Shown here piece by piece: positions 49,639 through 62,860 of a stretch of DNA of 64,000 bases. The stretch comes from Azolla caroliniana (taxonomy: Eukaryota > Plantae > Polypodiophyta). Within the stretch, counting starts at the first letter, position 1, and each line of letters starts with the position of its first letter. A model generated the notes under the pieces. The model saw only the letters and a program-made list of their open reading frames with translations, ran no database searches and was not told the DNA's origin. The stretch covers positions 1,798,001 through 1,862,000 of the forward strand of contig JBHGNT010000006.1 in the NCBI GenBank assembly GCA_043228905.1, given 5' to 3'. Position numbers and translations under genes: made by a program.

Positions 49639-51703
49639 AAATTTAAACTCGCAAAAGAGGTTACTGTTTCATAGTAGATGATTCTGGAATCTGTAAATAC
49701 TGATGTGGAAGCACATTACTGGAGCAGTGGGCCCATGAAAACAATAACCGAAGTCAATTATTCCCTCCAGAAATTCTCTCATATCTCATATTTGTTTGTA
49801 CTGTCAATAACTATTTCCAAACATATGTAAGGAAATGTAGATCCTCAAGGGAAGGCCAACATTTGAGATTTTTGGTATCGTCGCATCAATCAAATATTAC
49901 TACGGATAGAAATGAGCTATGACTTATGCAGTGCTATATTTTAAGTCTGAATGTCGAGTATGGTAGATATTTGTAGAAGGTCATGTAGTGAGTAAAAAGT
50001 AAGTTATCTCGTTCCTTTACTTTTTGTCATTCTTTTCCTGAAGTTATTGAGCGTGGACTTCTAATTTAAGTAGTCCTTGAATAAACACATTTCTCTTTAT
50101 TATTCAATTTGAATTTCAATGTTACCTGTAACCTGTGTTGATAATCCAAGGAAATCATTTAGTAGAACATTGTGCTGTAAGAACAAGAGACATTCAGGAA
50201 GAAATAATTTCAGATTGCGAGGATTTAGTTTAAGGCCAAAGCCTATGAACTGGTATGAGGTAATCTTAGATGGCCCTTCATGATGGGTAAAGATTATTCT
50301 GTCATCATCCCAGAATAATTCCTCATCCTGGTTAATCATTGTGACTATAAATACAGACCCAATGAAAAGACAGTTTTAAGTATAGGGAAAGAAGGAATCC
50401 ATTGTCAGTATTCTTAGGAGGGTGAACTTAATAAATTTTGCTCGAACACAGACTGGGTTTACATGGCTATCCTTAGTGTGTCAGTTTCTTTGTATCAATC
50501 AGGAACAAACTCTACAGGGACCACATAATAGTAGCTGTAGAATGATTCTTCCATTATGTGTTGCCCTTATTTCGCTTTTTTGCCAAGATACTCTACTCTT
50601 GAAGACCATGTAAATGTGTATAATTTGGCATGGAGAACGATTAATTTGAGCATAATGATTAATTTGACGATTAGCAATCCAAAAATGCAATGATACTATA
50701 ATGAGCTCTTTTTTCATAGAGATGTGTAGCCAACTACTGAAATCTTTGGCATCTTGTCTTTGACTTCGTTGTTGTTGCTGTTATACATTCTTGTGTTTGT
50801 CAAGTTTTTACTAAATCTTATGTCCTCTTTTCGTTATTGAGATTTATGGTTTTCACCCAATAGCCTTTGGATTGTTTGGTGTATCTAATTTCCCATGATA
50901 ATAGTACTAATTGTATGTTATGTAAGTTTGTGTCAATGTATATTTGTTTCAAATTGTATTTTTAGTTGGGTTGGAGAAAAAGATAATTGGATGATTCAAG
51001 TAAGATTTCACATGAGTTGTTTTAGGATGTATGGTTGAATTGTATGTTCACTCAAGGTACAAAGATTGTGTAGGACAATGATAGGTATAATTGTTTGGCA
51101 AAAGATGTGTTCCAATTGTATTTTGTATGAATTTAAAAACAAGTTTGGACAATGCTGGTAAAGTAGACCATTTTGGTTGGGTGAAGTGTATATTCCGAGA
51201 TATTGTTCGATTGTATGCCTTGAATGAGCTAGAAAATGCTTGGGACAAATTTAAGTGGGATATATAAGGAGGGAATTAAATTGGCCAGGCAAAGCATACA
51301 TGTGTCAATAGATACCTCAATTGTATGGACAATGGCTATGTATAATGTAGATTGTGCCACATTTGCAAACAATTTGACCACATGGGTGGGCTAGTTTAGT
51401 GATTGAATGACTGTTCTAGCAGACAGATTTGGTATAGTAATCCCGTAAATCGCTACGGAAGTTATTGCAAATAGATAGAATGTACCTACGTTTTTGTTCG
51501 GACAATACCATACATTCATGGGGCAACATCGCAATCTCAGCAAACAAACATAAAGAGGGAGGGAGCTGTTCAATGCCGCCCCTCAGGCTTCCAGTAATAT
51601 GTGACAATCATTTGTTATATAAAACTGTTTTCTTTCTTTCTCTCTGGGAACACCTCAATTGCTCAGAGCATTTGTGTCGACTAATTGTTCATGTGAGACA
51701 GAT

Positions 51704-52046
51704 TTACATGCTCTGCTCTCCGAGAACAATTCAGCACATGATAAGCACATGAATATTTTTGTGGGTTTCTGTCATTACAAGCTATCCTGATGTTTTTAAG
51801 AAGTGGAAGATTATGGAAACATCGTACATAGCTCTGTAGACCTTCATTCATCCTTGGAGGATTTGGAAAATAGTTTTACATGCTTTGTTCTGCGAGAACA
51901 ATTAAGCACATGATACGAAGATTGGTCACATGAATATTTTTGTATGTTTCTGTCATTACAAGCTGTCATGATGTTTTTAGGAGTGGAAGATTATGGGAAC
52001 ATTGCCCATATCTCGGTTGATCTTCATTCATCTGTGGAGGACTTTA
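51704..52046 (+). repeat. Diverged ~170-bp tandem duplication of the PPR 5' region
   Basis: ttacatgct...gagaacaatt.agcacatgata...tttctgtcattacaagct...gtggaagattatgg.aacat...cttcattcatc at ~51705-51863 and ~51877-52046. Confidence 0.85.
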
Positions 52047-54661
52047 TACATGCCCTACAGCAATGTAGGAGAACAAAAAATTTGTTGGCTGCAAAGTACG
52101 TGCATACACTTGTCTGCAGTCGTGGCTTGGAAGCTCATGGATCTATCGGAAACTACCTTGTGCCCGTCTTTGTTGAGTGCAATGGTATATCACAAGCCTG
52201 GCAAGTCTTTGAAAGATCAGTGCATGTTAACGAGTTTTCTTGGACCTCCCTTATTTCAGCAGAGAGCCAGTGTGGTCATTTGAATAATGCTCTTACCTTT
52301 TATCACAAAATGCAAGAGGTTAATGTATGTCCTAGCTGCCATACACTTGTTGCCCTATTGAAAGCTTGCTCGATGGCTAAAAATATCATGACAGGCCAAG
52401 AGATTCATTTAGATGTTGCAGAAATGGGTTTTGAGGAAGATCCTTATGTCGGCAATGCTTTGATTGACATGTATGCTAAATGTGGATCACTTTATGAAGC
52501 ACGTGAAGTGCTGAATGAGATGCCAGACAGAGGAGTTGTACAATGGACAACTCTTATGGCTGGCTATGTTGAGCACGGGCCTTATCTGGAAGCATTGCTA
52601 TGTTTTGAACAGATGCAGCTTGAGGGTCTTGTGGCAGATGCTTTCAGTTTCACATGTAGTGTGAAAGCTTGTGGTCTATTAGGATGTATAGAGAAGGGTA
52701 TGGTATTACACAAGGAGTTAATACATAAAGGCTTTGAAAAAGACCTCTTTGTTGGGAGCTCTCTAGTTGCTATGTATGCAAAATTTGGTTCACTCATTGA
52801 AGCACAAGAAATCTTTGATAAACTTTCTACTCGTGATATTGTGGTATGGAATTCACTTCTAACAGGGTATGCGGAACATGGGCTTCTTCAAGATGCATGG
52901 GGATGCTTAGAGGAGATGAAGGTTCATGGCATCTTCCCAGATGCTATCAGTCTTGCTTGCTTCTTGAAATGTTGCATGTACATGGGTGCAATGTCGAAAG
53001 CACATGAGATAGTTCATGAGATCAAGTTACACAAATTGGAATCGCATCCTAGTCTTATCAACCCCTTGATTTCTCTATATGCCAAGAATGGATTGCATCA
53101 AGAAGCACATCAAGTTCTTAACAACGTTCATGGTCAGGATGTTGCGGCATGGACAGCTTTAATCACAGCATATGTTGAAGGTGGGTACATTTCAGAAGCA
53201 TTGGAAGGTTTCAGACAAATGCGAGAAGCTGGTATATCTGCAGATGCTTTTATCCTTGGATGCATATTAAAATCTTGTGGCATAATTCATTCTCCAGATA
53301 TGTGTCATAGCTTATACATCGAGGTTGTAGAGAAAGGGTTTGAGGGAGATCCGTTTATTATCAGTGCTTTGATTTCTGCGTATGCAAATTGTTCCTTTCT
53401 TGTCGAGGCACGAAACATCTTTGAAAGTCTACCTGAGCGAGAAATTGTGTTGTGGAATGCACTTATCGGAGGTCACATTGAAGATGGATGTGAAAAAGAG
53501 GTATCGGCGTACTTGGAAAGGATGCAATTAGAAGGCATCGCACCAAATGCCATCACGTATGCTCTTAGCTTAAAAGCTTGTGGCAATCTAGGAGCCATGT
53601 CCAATGGTACACAATTGTATATAGAAGCCACATGTAGGGGTCTTGACACTGATTTCTGTGTTGGTGGTGCTTTGATAAGTATGTATTCAGAATGTGGATC
53701 TCCTTCAGAAGCAAGAGAAGTGTTCAACAAACTTCCATACCATAGCATAGTTGATTGGAGCCTATTGATAAAAGGTTATGCCATTAATCATAAAGGTAGT
53801 ATGGTTATCGAATGCTTAGAAGAGATGCAGAAAGAGGGTGTGAAACCAGATTCTTTGATTTTAACTTGTTTACTTGGAGCATGCAGCCATGGTGGCTTGG
53901 TTTCTGAAGGCTGGAAGTATTTCAATTCGATGAAAGAAGAATATAACATCGAACCAACAAAAGAACACTACACATGCATGATTGATCTTCTTGCTAGGTC
54001 AGGGTATTTGTATGAGGCAGAGAGGCTTATAGAAATAATCCCAACACCATCTGAGGGAACATGGGCAGCTCTCTTGAGTGGGTGCAAAACGTATGTGGAG
54101 GAAGAGTTAGGGTTGAGATGCTTGCAACAACTCATTGAAAGGTGCCCGGATGATGCAACATGGTATGCAATTATGGCTGATCTATATGCATGTTCTGGCC
54201 AAGCCAGTAATGCACGGAGATTGGAAGAAATCCGCAAGCATGTGGGTGCCAGGAAAAAACCTGCTAGTGCTATGATAGAAATCAATAAAAGGTTGCATGA
54301 GTTCGTGATTGGAGATGATGAAGAACATCCTGAACTTATGGAGACGTTACGAGAGATTGGTTCACGTGCAAAAGGAGAGGGTTACTTTCCCGATTTAGAA
54401 AGTCACTCGAAACCTTGTCACAAGGAGATTAAGGATGTGGAGCTGTGTGGTCATGCTGAAAAATTGGCCATTGCGTTTGGGCTTCTGAATTCAGAACAGG
54501 GAGAAACATTGCGTGTGAGCAAGAACTTGAGGATGTGCAATGATTGCCATAATGTAAGTAAGATCATATCAAGAATTGAGAAACGAGAAATCATTCTTCG
54601 AGATGAATGCTGTATTCATCGGTTTAAGGAAGGTTTTTGCTCTTGTGGGGATTTATTTTGA
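51944..54661 (+). CDS. PLS-class PPR protein with E1/E2 and a DYW:KP-type deaminase-like domain (candidate organellar U-to-C editing factor)
   Basis: 905-aa ORF with P-L-S triplets (GNALIDMYAKCGSLYEA...VVQWTTLMAGY), E motifs (EHYTCMIDLLARSG), KKPASAMIE in place of the PG box, CGHAEKLAIAFGL, VSKNLRMCNDCH, and C-terminus CSCGDLF; true start uncertain. Confidence 0.93.
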   Translation: MFLSLQAVMMFLGVEDYGNIAHISVDLHSSVEDFIHALQQCRRTKNLLAAKYVHTLVCSRGLEAHGSIGNYLVPVFVECNGISQAWQVFERSVHVNEFSWTSLISAESQCGHLNNALTFYHKMQEVNVCPSCHTLVALLKACSMAKNIMTGQEIHLDVAEMGFEEDPYVGNALIDMYAKCGSLYEAREVLNEMPDRGVVQWTTLMAGYVEHGPYLEALLCFEQMQLEGLVADAFSFTCSVKACGLLGCIEKGMVLHKELIHKGFEKDLFVGSSLVAMYAKFGSLIEAQEIFDKLSTRDIVVWNSLLTGYAEHGLLQDAWGCLEEMKVHGIFPDAISLACFLKCCMYMGAMSKAHEIVHEIKLHKLESHPSLINPLISLYAKNGLHQEAHQVLNNVHGQDVAAWTALITAYVEGGYISEALEGFRQMREAGISADAFILGCILKSCGIIHSPDMCHSLYIEVVEKGFEGDPFIISALISAYANCSFLVEARNIFESLPEREIVLWNALIGGHIEDGCEKEVSAYLERMQLEGIAPNAITYALSLKACGNLGAMSNGTQLYIEATCRGLDTDFCVGGALISMYSECGSPSEAREVFNKLPYHSIVDWSLLIKGYAINHKGSMVIECLEEMQKEGVKPDSLILTCLLGACSHGGLVSEGWKYFNSMKEEYNIEPTKEHYTCMIDLLARSGYLYEAERLIEIIPTPSEGTWAALLSGCKTYVEEELGLRCLQQLIERCPDDATWYAIMADLYACSGQASNARRLEEIRKHVGARKKPASAMIEINKRLHEFVIGDDEEHPELMETLREIGSRAKGEGYFPDLESHSKPCHKEIKDVELCGHAEKLAIAFGLLNSEQGETLRVSKNLRMCNDCHNVSKIISRIEKREIILRDECCIHRFKEGFCSCGDLF

Positions 54662-57091
54662 ATAAAGTATATTTCCTACCTCCATGCTTGTTTTAGATAT
54701 TATGAAGATATATTTTAGTTCCAGGAAATGACAAATGTGGCTTGATAAGATGTGCACATTCTTATCACTTTCACAGAATACAGGCGTTGGCTTACTCAGG
54801 TCTCTGTCTATCTTGTATAGAGAACAGATAATGGAGGGACAATTGTTCATCTCTAATCAGCATGAAATGCCTCTTATTGGATAGGGAACAAAGTGGCACA
54901 ATCACTTGCTGAGGTACTTCCCAAATGTTTAGTCTCCACAATTTGTGATCAGAGGCTGGAAACATATTGATTGATCTTGCTAATTTGGGAAAAATGTGTC
55001 CACTTGCGAAATCTGCAAAGTTTTGAGACATGCCAAAATGAGTGTTGTCAAATTTCGCTTAAACGCGTGGGATGTATGGAGGAAATTTAAGGGGAAAAGG
55101 ATGAGATAATCAGAGATCGCAATTTCAGGGAAGTCTCTATGCTTAGGTATGCTCGATCACTATATAGCCACACCAAGTTTCTTTTCTGTGATTGACCATA
55201 TTTAGTTTAAAGCCCACCATGATACTACATTATTTAGAAAGCTCATTCCTTGTAGATGGGATTGTTCCACTTTTGTCATTCTTTCTAAGAACCTTCCCTA
55301 GTGCCTCCATTAAGCAATCTGCATATAAATCCTCGAATGAAAGGGTCCATCCATTTGATGAACTCTCTAGTGCTGTTTCATGGAAGAGAGTTGACTCATG
55401 GCATACCAATTTGTGGTAGCACACACGCAAGGGTGATACATGTCGAAATTGCTGATTGATTCATCACATCTTGGAAGCAATCAATCCTGTGAGGTAAGTA
55501 AGGATGACCCTTGTGACCCACATTATTTGATATATACATAGATCATGCAAAGTGAGCACCACTTCATTTATCTTACTTCCAAATGTGGATGATGATGTGG
55601 TGTTCTTCTTATGGGATGTCAATATTCTTCCACAGCTCCGCTACTCCATGTTGTCGAAGATTTTTGCATAGACAAGTACATTTGTATATTATTAAGGAAA
55701 AGCAAATTACATGATAGTGAAAACCAAGAAGCTAGACGTGCAAACTCATCCTTGGATGAAGATGCTGAATATGTGATTTTCCTTAAATACTCATGAATCC
55801 ATGTTCCAAAAAACCATAATTTACACGTGAGTGGGCTAGGTTAGCGACCATACACACACGTCAAATAAACATGAGACACACTTCAATGTAATAGTAATCC
55901 CCCATGTCTTCCCACATGTGTTGGAGGTTTAGGAGCACTATTCGCCATGTGCAACACGCCATCACCGTGGGTTCAACACGACTAATTCCTAAATTAATGA
56001 TGCTCCTCGAAATAGGAGTGATACCCATTAGACTAGAGGGTCAATTTGATTAGTGTCCACAAGCTTGTGGCAAATGTGAAGGATAGAGAAGCACACCACT
56101 AAAATCCATGCTTGAGAAGCTAACATCAAAAGACAAAAGACAAATAGAATACACAATCTTTCTTTTACCTAGTTACACAAATTACACAAAATAATAACGA
56201 GATGGAATATGAATGGACTGCTTGAGCTATGCACAAATGAAATAGGTCACTCTTGACATTGATCATACCTTGTTGGTGAATCCACACCCAAATGCAATGA
56301 CAATACCAAGCTTAGCTAATTGCAATACCAATACAATCACAAAAATGTTTGAAAACGCCATTTTCTATTACTCTTTGAAAGGGATACTATAGGCCTTATA
56401 TTCATGTCTCACAAACTTTGATTTTGTCGAGTCATTTTAAATCGCGGGTGTTTTTTGTTCCGCGCTATGTTCTACACGTATTGATACTGGACATGACTGC
56501 GGTTTATGGTTGCTCGCCGCCTCATACTGAGGTTTTTCAACTAATAACGCAAGTTAGTGAATGTACCATATGATGGGTGGTGCATAAAAAAGAACACTTG
56601 AAAAAATCTAGCTTCAAATACACCCGCCAACTTTTTTGAGCATACACACGAGGTGCTATGCACAACTCGATTCTAGTTATCTCTCTGCCTTTTATAAGTG
56701 TCGACCACACCACGGGGCCAGATGACAAATGCTCGAAGTGTTACGTGGGACCACCGGGTTTTGGGCATGGGCCATGGGACAAAAGCTGAATGTAGACATT
56801 GGTAGGGACCCATGGGGAGGCCCCCCCCCCCCCCAACCCTCATGTGAAACAGTCCTTCAAATTTCCAAACACGAGAAACCACACCGCCCTCCCTCCTCCT
56901 TACAAAAATCCATGGTGCCCAATCAATCTATCAATCAATTAGGGTTCTCCCAAGCTCTCCCTCAAACCCTAAAAAAGAAAAACCTGCACCCTAATGCTGC
57001 ATTGGTGATTCAGGGTTCCCACCCATTTCCCGCGGTGAATACCTCCCCATCTCGCCGAAAATCTGACTGAAACCCTAACCCTGCTATACTA

Positions 57092-59258
57092 ATGGGTTCC
57101 TCTCCCTTCTTTCTTCTTGTGTTAGGATTACTGCTGTACACAATAACCGTAGCTCGATATATTACTACCGTCAATTCATCGATTCTGGATTACTCGGAGG
57201 ATGATCTTCGCTCAGAGATTCGTCTTCTGGCCCTGTTTGAGAGATGGAATCACAGGCATAACAAGCACTACCCTGCCTCTGCAAGTGAAGAGAAAGAGAA
57301 GAGGTTCAATATCTTCAAGAAGAACTTGTATCACATACATAACCACAATCACATGAATGTGGGCTCTTATTACAAGCTCGGCCTCACAAGGTTCGCTGAC
57401 CTTTCGAATGAAGAATTTAAGGCATCTTTCGGGTTCTTTGGTCTTCGGCTCAACAATTCCATGGAAGCTCGCAAAGCATTGAGCCTTTGGCGATTAGAAT
57501 ACCCAAAGGCAGGAGCCAATGAGGTTTGCAGAGGCAACGAGATACCCTCATCCTACGATTGGAGAGAGCGAGGGGTTGTCTCAGACATCAAGGATCAGGG
57601 CAGTTGTGGTGAGTCGCTTCTTCTTCTTCATCATCTAAATTATGCTTAGTAGAATATCTAGACTACTGCTCCCTTGATTATACCACATTTGAGAATACCA
57701 TTACATTGATCGATGTTCCATCTGCTATTTGCCCATATATATATGTTGTGGATGGATCTGAACTAATATTCTGCTCTTTCAGGTAGCTGTTGGGCCTTTG
57801 CGACTATCTCAGCGATAGAATCGGTGAATGCCATCAGGACCGGACAGCTCGTGAGGCTCTCAGAGCAAGAACTGGTGAGTTGTGATCGTTCCAACTATGG
57901 CTGTGACGGTGGGGACATGGATCTTGCGATGGACTGGGTTCTTCGGAATGGGGGTGTAAATTCTGACTTCAATTATCCCTACACGAGCGCAGACAGTGAG
58001 GCAAGTTCTTGCCAATCCAATCAGGTAAAAGAAAAACCCCAAATTTGTCATCATTCTCTTTCCCATGGCTATGGTGAGCAATGAATGCTTACAGTGATGA
58101 GCCAATATCCATTGAATTAGCATTGACTGATTATACTAGCGAACTCTCCATAATTTCTGAATTATTTGCATGTAGTTGAATGAAAATGTGGTAAGGATCG
58201 ATAACTATGTGAATGTGGAGTCCTACGATGAAGATGCCCTTCTGTGTGCAACTTATCAGCAACCTGTGATTGTCAGTATCAATGCTGGAGAATACGATTT
58301 TCAGCTATATGCAGAGGTACACCACAAGATTCAAAAACACAAGTCGTACTAGTACTACCCGCAATTATTTTTTATTTTTTATTTTTCAAATCTTAGGCAG
58401 GCTGTTATGTTAGCAAATGGAAAATTTGTGGATGCAACTATATATCGCTATGTTTAAGTAAGGCGAAGAAGAAAATTTAGATTTAAGAGCAGGCGTAATT
58501 AATGTTAAGGATTGTGGCTAGGGTATCTTCGATGGCACATGCGCAGGCGAGCCAGAGGAGTTGAATCACGCGGTGGTGGTGGTGGGCTATGGCACATCAG
58601 GGGATGGGCTGGATTATTGGATAGTCAGGAATTCATGGGGTGCGGATTGGGGGGCGGGGGGATACAGTTACATGGTAAGGAACAGCGGGGCGAGGGAAGG
58701 GGTCTGCGGGATCAACAGCCAGGCCTCGTATCCACTCATTCAGCTCTCCACCACGACGCCGCCATCGCGCTTCTCTGAGCCTGAGCTTGAGCCTCCCGCC
58801 CCGTCTCCTCAGCCCGGCGGAGAGATTCCGCCTCCATCGCCATCGCCATCGCCTCCATCGCCTCCATCTCCGCCATCGCCGCCGGATACCAAATGCGACC
58901 GTTTCTTCTCGTGCCCGCCGCACCACACCTGTTGCTGCAGGTTCGAGTTCTTCGGGATCTGCCTGCTCTGGGGCTGCTGCGACTACCAGGCCGCCGTCTG
59001 CTGCGACGACGGCGATTCCTGCTGCCCTCTCGACTTCCCCATCTGCGATCTGTGGGAGGGTGTCTGCCTGCAGGTACGTACGTACTATCTCAGTATGTAC
59101 ATATGTATATACGTATATCTATATGTATGTATGAATCTACCCTCTACGTATTGTACCTATGTGTTGTACGTACGCACGCACGCATTTGTATCTCTGTATA
59201 CATATGTATGCGTATGTATGTATGTAACCATGTATGCATGTATGTAATGTAGTGTATT

Positions 59259-59289
<31 letters not shown>

Positions 59290-59303
59290 TTTATGTATGT
59301 ATG

Positions 59304-59334
<31 letters not shown>

Positions 59335-60071
59335 TTTATGTATGTATTGTATGTATGTATGTATGTAATTTATGTATGTATTGTATGTTTGTAACCATGT
59401 ATGTATACATATGTATGTATGTATGTATGTAATGTAGTGTATTTATGTAATTTATGTACGTACGTACGTATTTGTATCTCTGTACACATATGTATGTATG
59501 TAACCATGTATGTATACATATGCATGCATATGTAGGTGCGTAATAATGTATGTATGTATGTAATGTGATTTATGTATGTAATGTAGTGTATTTATGTATG
59601 TTTCTGGCCCCTATGGCAGACAGACTTATGAGCTAGGAACTTACGAGGACATTTCATCCTTGTAACATACTTACTTATGAGCTAGGAACTTACGAGGACA
59701 CATACTTGTATGTATGTATGTATGTAATGTAATTTATGTATGTATGTATGTAATTTATGTATGTAATGTAGTGTATTTATGTGTGTATGTTTGTGGCCCC
59801 TATGGCAGACAGACTTATGAGCTAGGAACTTACGAGGACATTTCATCCTTCGCCTCAAACATATGTATTAATAACGATGTGTATTTTGTCACTGAAGTGA
59901 TCAAAGCTATCAATAACAAGTGTGTTTCTTCTTTGTATGCACCTCGCTTTGTATCAGGACGATAGCCCCGTTTCTTTCGGAAACAAGGTTCCATTGTTGA
60001 AGCGTTCGAAGGCGAAATTTAGCAACCCATTAGGTTTTGATGACATGCTTTTGCCATTGGAGGATCAATGA
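57092..60071 (+). CDS. Papain-like cysteine protease (C1A) with proline-rich linker and granulin domain (RD21/XBCP3-like), 5 exons
   Basis: Exons 57092-57608, 57783-58024, 58176-58316, 58522-59073, 59958-60071. Signal peptide, I29 prodomain ([16 protein letters not shown]; LGLTRFADL), QGSCG|[25 protein letters not shown], granulin [15 protein letters not shown]...WGCC...[10 protein letters not shown]. Confidence 0.95.
59074..59850. repeat. Large compound (TATG)n microsatellite with an embedded duplicated ~56-bp unit
   Basis: TATG runs; ggcccctatggcagacagacttatgagctaggaacttacgaggacatttcatcctt at ~59606 and ~59795, partial copy at ~59673. Confidence 0.9.
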
Positions 60072-62449
60072 TATGTACTTGTGCACTCTTTCTTTACATG
60101 GCAATGAATAATGAATGAGGTAGATGATAATGAAAGGTGTTGCATATCCAAGCAGTGAATGCTATCCTCCCTCTATGCGACAATTGTATAAGTGCTTACT
60201 TCTTTACTATGTAATTAATTTGCATATTTTTCCCAAATGAATCAACTTGTCAATCAAAATGGACAAGGAAAAGTAATTTATTTTGAAAACACAATTTCAA
60301 CTTGCTAAACAATGGTGACTAAATGCGACCAATAATGATCATAGCTTAAATCCTTCATTTGAGTAATTAAGATGCATATTTTGGTCCCAAAATGAATCGA
60401 CATGTGAATCAAAATGGGAATGGAAAATTAATTGATGTAAAAAACACAATATTCCCTTCCTAAACATTGATGGTTAAGTCTTATTGATAATGATCATGAA
60501 AGTTGTTGCCAAAGTAAAGTTATTTGTAGAATGATATCAACATGTTAATCAAATTGAACAAGGATAAGTACTTGCTAAGAAAGAACACAAGTAGTAAATG
60601 CTTAGGAAGTCGTAGTTGTACACATGAGAAGCAAAGGGTCATGAAGTGTTTTATAGACAAAAAGGTACCCAATCGATTGCATGCTTATTGCGTGAGGACA
60701 TTCGAATATTTGTTTTTACAATTACCATGACTTAGGATTCATAATTGACATCAAAAGTAGGTAGCGGAAACATATTTTCGACTTATGGTTAGTACCTTTT
60801 GGGTCTCCAATGCCTCGTGACATCAAGGATGTCGTAGTAGTTAAAGACTTCATATTATTAGTAGTCAAATATCTTTAAATCATAAAAGAATAAGATAGGA
60901 GCGAAAATACATTGGGTATGGCAGCCACAAACTACATGAGGCCACAAATAAACTTTGTTTGCTTCCTAGTTGGAACCCTTGTGCGTCTCATCTATTAACT
61001 TGTTCCTTTATGAAACTTCTATATTCCATACACATATCAAAATGTTTTTTGCCATTGCTAGAATAGCATTTTGAGGAGATATGTAGTTGTGTGTGCAATG
61101 TGGAAAACAATGAGCCATACATTTGAAATGATTTTTACATACCAACAAGGTAGTTGTAAGTCTTGAGCAACAAATTGAGGTGGTATTTATCATGACAATT
61201 TTAGTTTTAGCTCATGCACAGTAAAGAAATGGCTTGCAACATTGACATTCACAACACATAAAAGTGATCATTACCGTGCGAAATTTTGTTAGGAGTAGGG
61301 AATTGATATTATTCTCTTACATAGGAGCAAAGAAAATATGATATTATGGGGTAAGTCTAGGTCCAATCGTGGGGTATGATTTCCTAAATTAAGAAACATG
61401 TCGGCATGAATGGAGCTTTGCCAAACTTGGCACCGTTAAGTATCATTCATTTTCTAATGTAATATTGTTGTTTATACCATGCAAATCATACTTCTAGTAA
61501 ACCCCAATAAAAGAACAAAAAATTGTACATTGTTGTTTGGTGCCTCCATGTGGGATTATCCAAGTTTGTCATTACTCACTATATTAAATGCCGCCTTTGA
61601 TGAAAATATCATAATTTAGTGGTGGAATTGCATGGATTGAAGAGAATTGGGTGATTGATTGAGAAAAAAGGATGAATAATTCAATCAACATCTAGGATGC
61701 TACATTCGAAAACTTATGTAAATTTATCTAAGAGTTGAGTCATGGTGACTAATGATTTGGGTATTACTTTTATGTATCAAAATGAATTATAGGATCCCAA
61801 GGTAAGAACATAAGCATGACGGAATAAACCATTGTAGAATGTTAGAGGTACAATAAAGTTACATATCATCATAGAAGAGTCGATGATATGCATGCATATG
61901 AAGGTACTCTCGTCTTTTAGAAATATCTCCCCTTCAATTGTATGCTCTAAAGGATACCCTAAACCCTAAACCCTAAACACAGGAAAAGTGAAAGACAATG
62001 TGGTTGCCCAAAAGCTTGTTAGTTTAGGTTTGCGGAAACCTAGTCACATGGATGGAGGAATCCCCTAAGAACAAAACACCACTCTTTTAAGTACCAGAGA
62101 TCATATGTGTCGTGCCATTGGCCGGGAAGATAAAAACCTACTGGTACAAGTCTTCTCGAAGGTAAGTATAAACAGAAGCGGAAGCTCGTGGATTGGCCTG
62201 ACCCATCACTAAAAATCCACATTTGTCGAGACTTTATCTAGGTCTAGCCAAGGAAAAGAAGGGTGGTATTGTCTTAGGCATATGAAATGTTGCGACACAA
62301 TATGATCAATGAATGTTTGTTTCCGTGAGAGCGAAGAGAGCAGCCTCCACACCAAAGACTAGATGGATCGGAGCCCAAGTTGCGATCCAATTCTATCTGT
62401 TTGTCTGTGTGTGCTCTGATGAAATTGCAGAATTCTACTGATAAATGTG

Positions 62450-62807
62450 TTTCGAATTCTAACACCAGAAGAAAAAGGCAGAATATGGTGCAACCAACTC
62501 GTCAGGCTCTGATGGAGAAACAGCGGAGGGTGTAGGATCAGAAGGTGAAGTCGATGGATCTAATGAGGTTTCTGTTGACAATAAAGGCTCCACCAAACCT
62601 GTTCTTACAGATGAAGAAAAGTTTGCCAAGTTTAATGAGGAAAGAGAGGAAATGTGTAAGGCAGCCAAAGAACAGGCTTCCAGAATCGTTGAGTACGAGT
62701 CAGCAATGCGAAGCCCTTACATCCATGTAAAACCTCTTGATGATGCCCAACTGGCAAACTGGCATAACTATCTGGACTTTATTGAGAAGGGAGGAGATTT
62801 TTCTAAG
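62450..62807 (+). pseudogene. PRP39: Orphan exon of pre-mRNA-processing factor 39
   Basis: EEKFAKFNEEREEMCKAAKEQASRIVEYESAMRSPYIHVKPLDDAQLANWHNYLDFIEKGGDFSK matches the PRP39 hallmark (RPYFHV.PL...L.NWH.YLDF.E..GDF.K); ends at a GT donor; frameshift near 62470; no other PRP39 exons seen. Confidence 0.75.
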
Positions 62808-62860
62808 GTGACTTTTTTCATTGAACACTTACCTGAGTGTCAAGCCTATTGAAATAATCA

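Noticed and set aside
54860-56350. Possible LTR/PBS remnants (also 1-450)
   Set aside because: Only vague LTR-like composition and a partial TGGTAT; no paired LTRs or TSD
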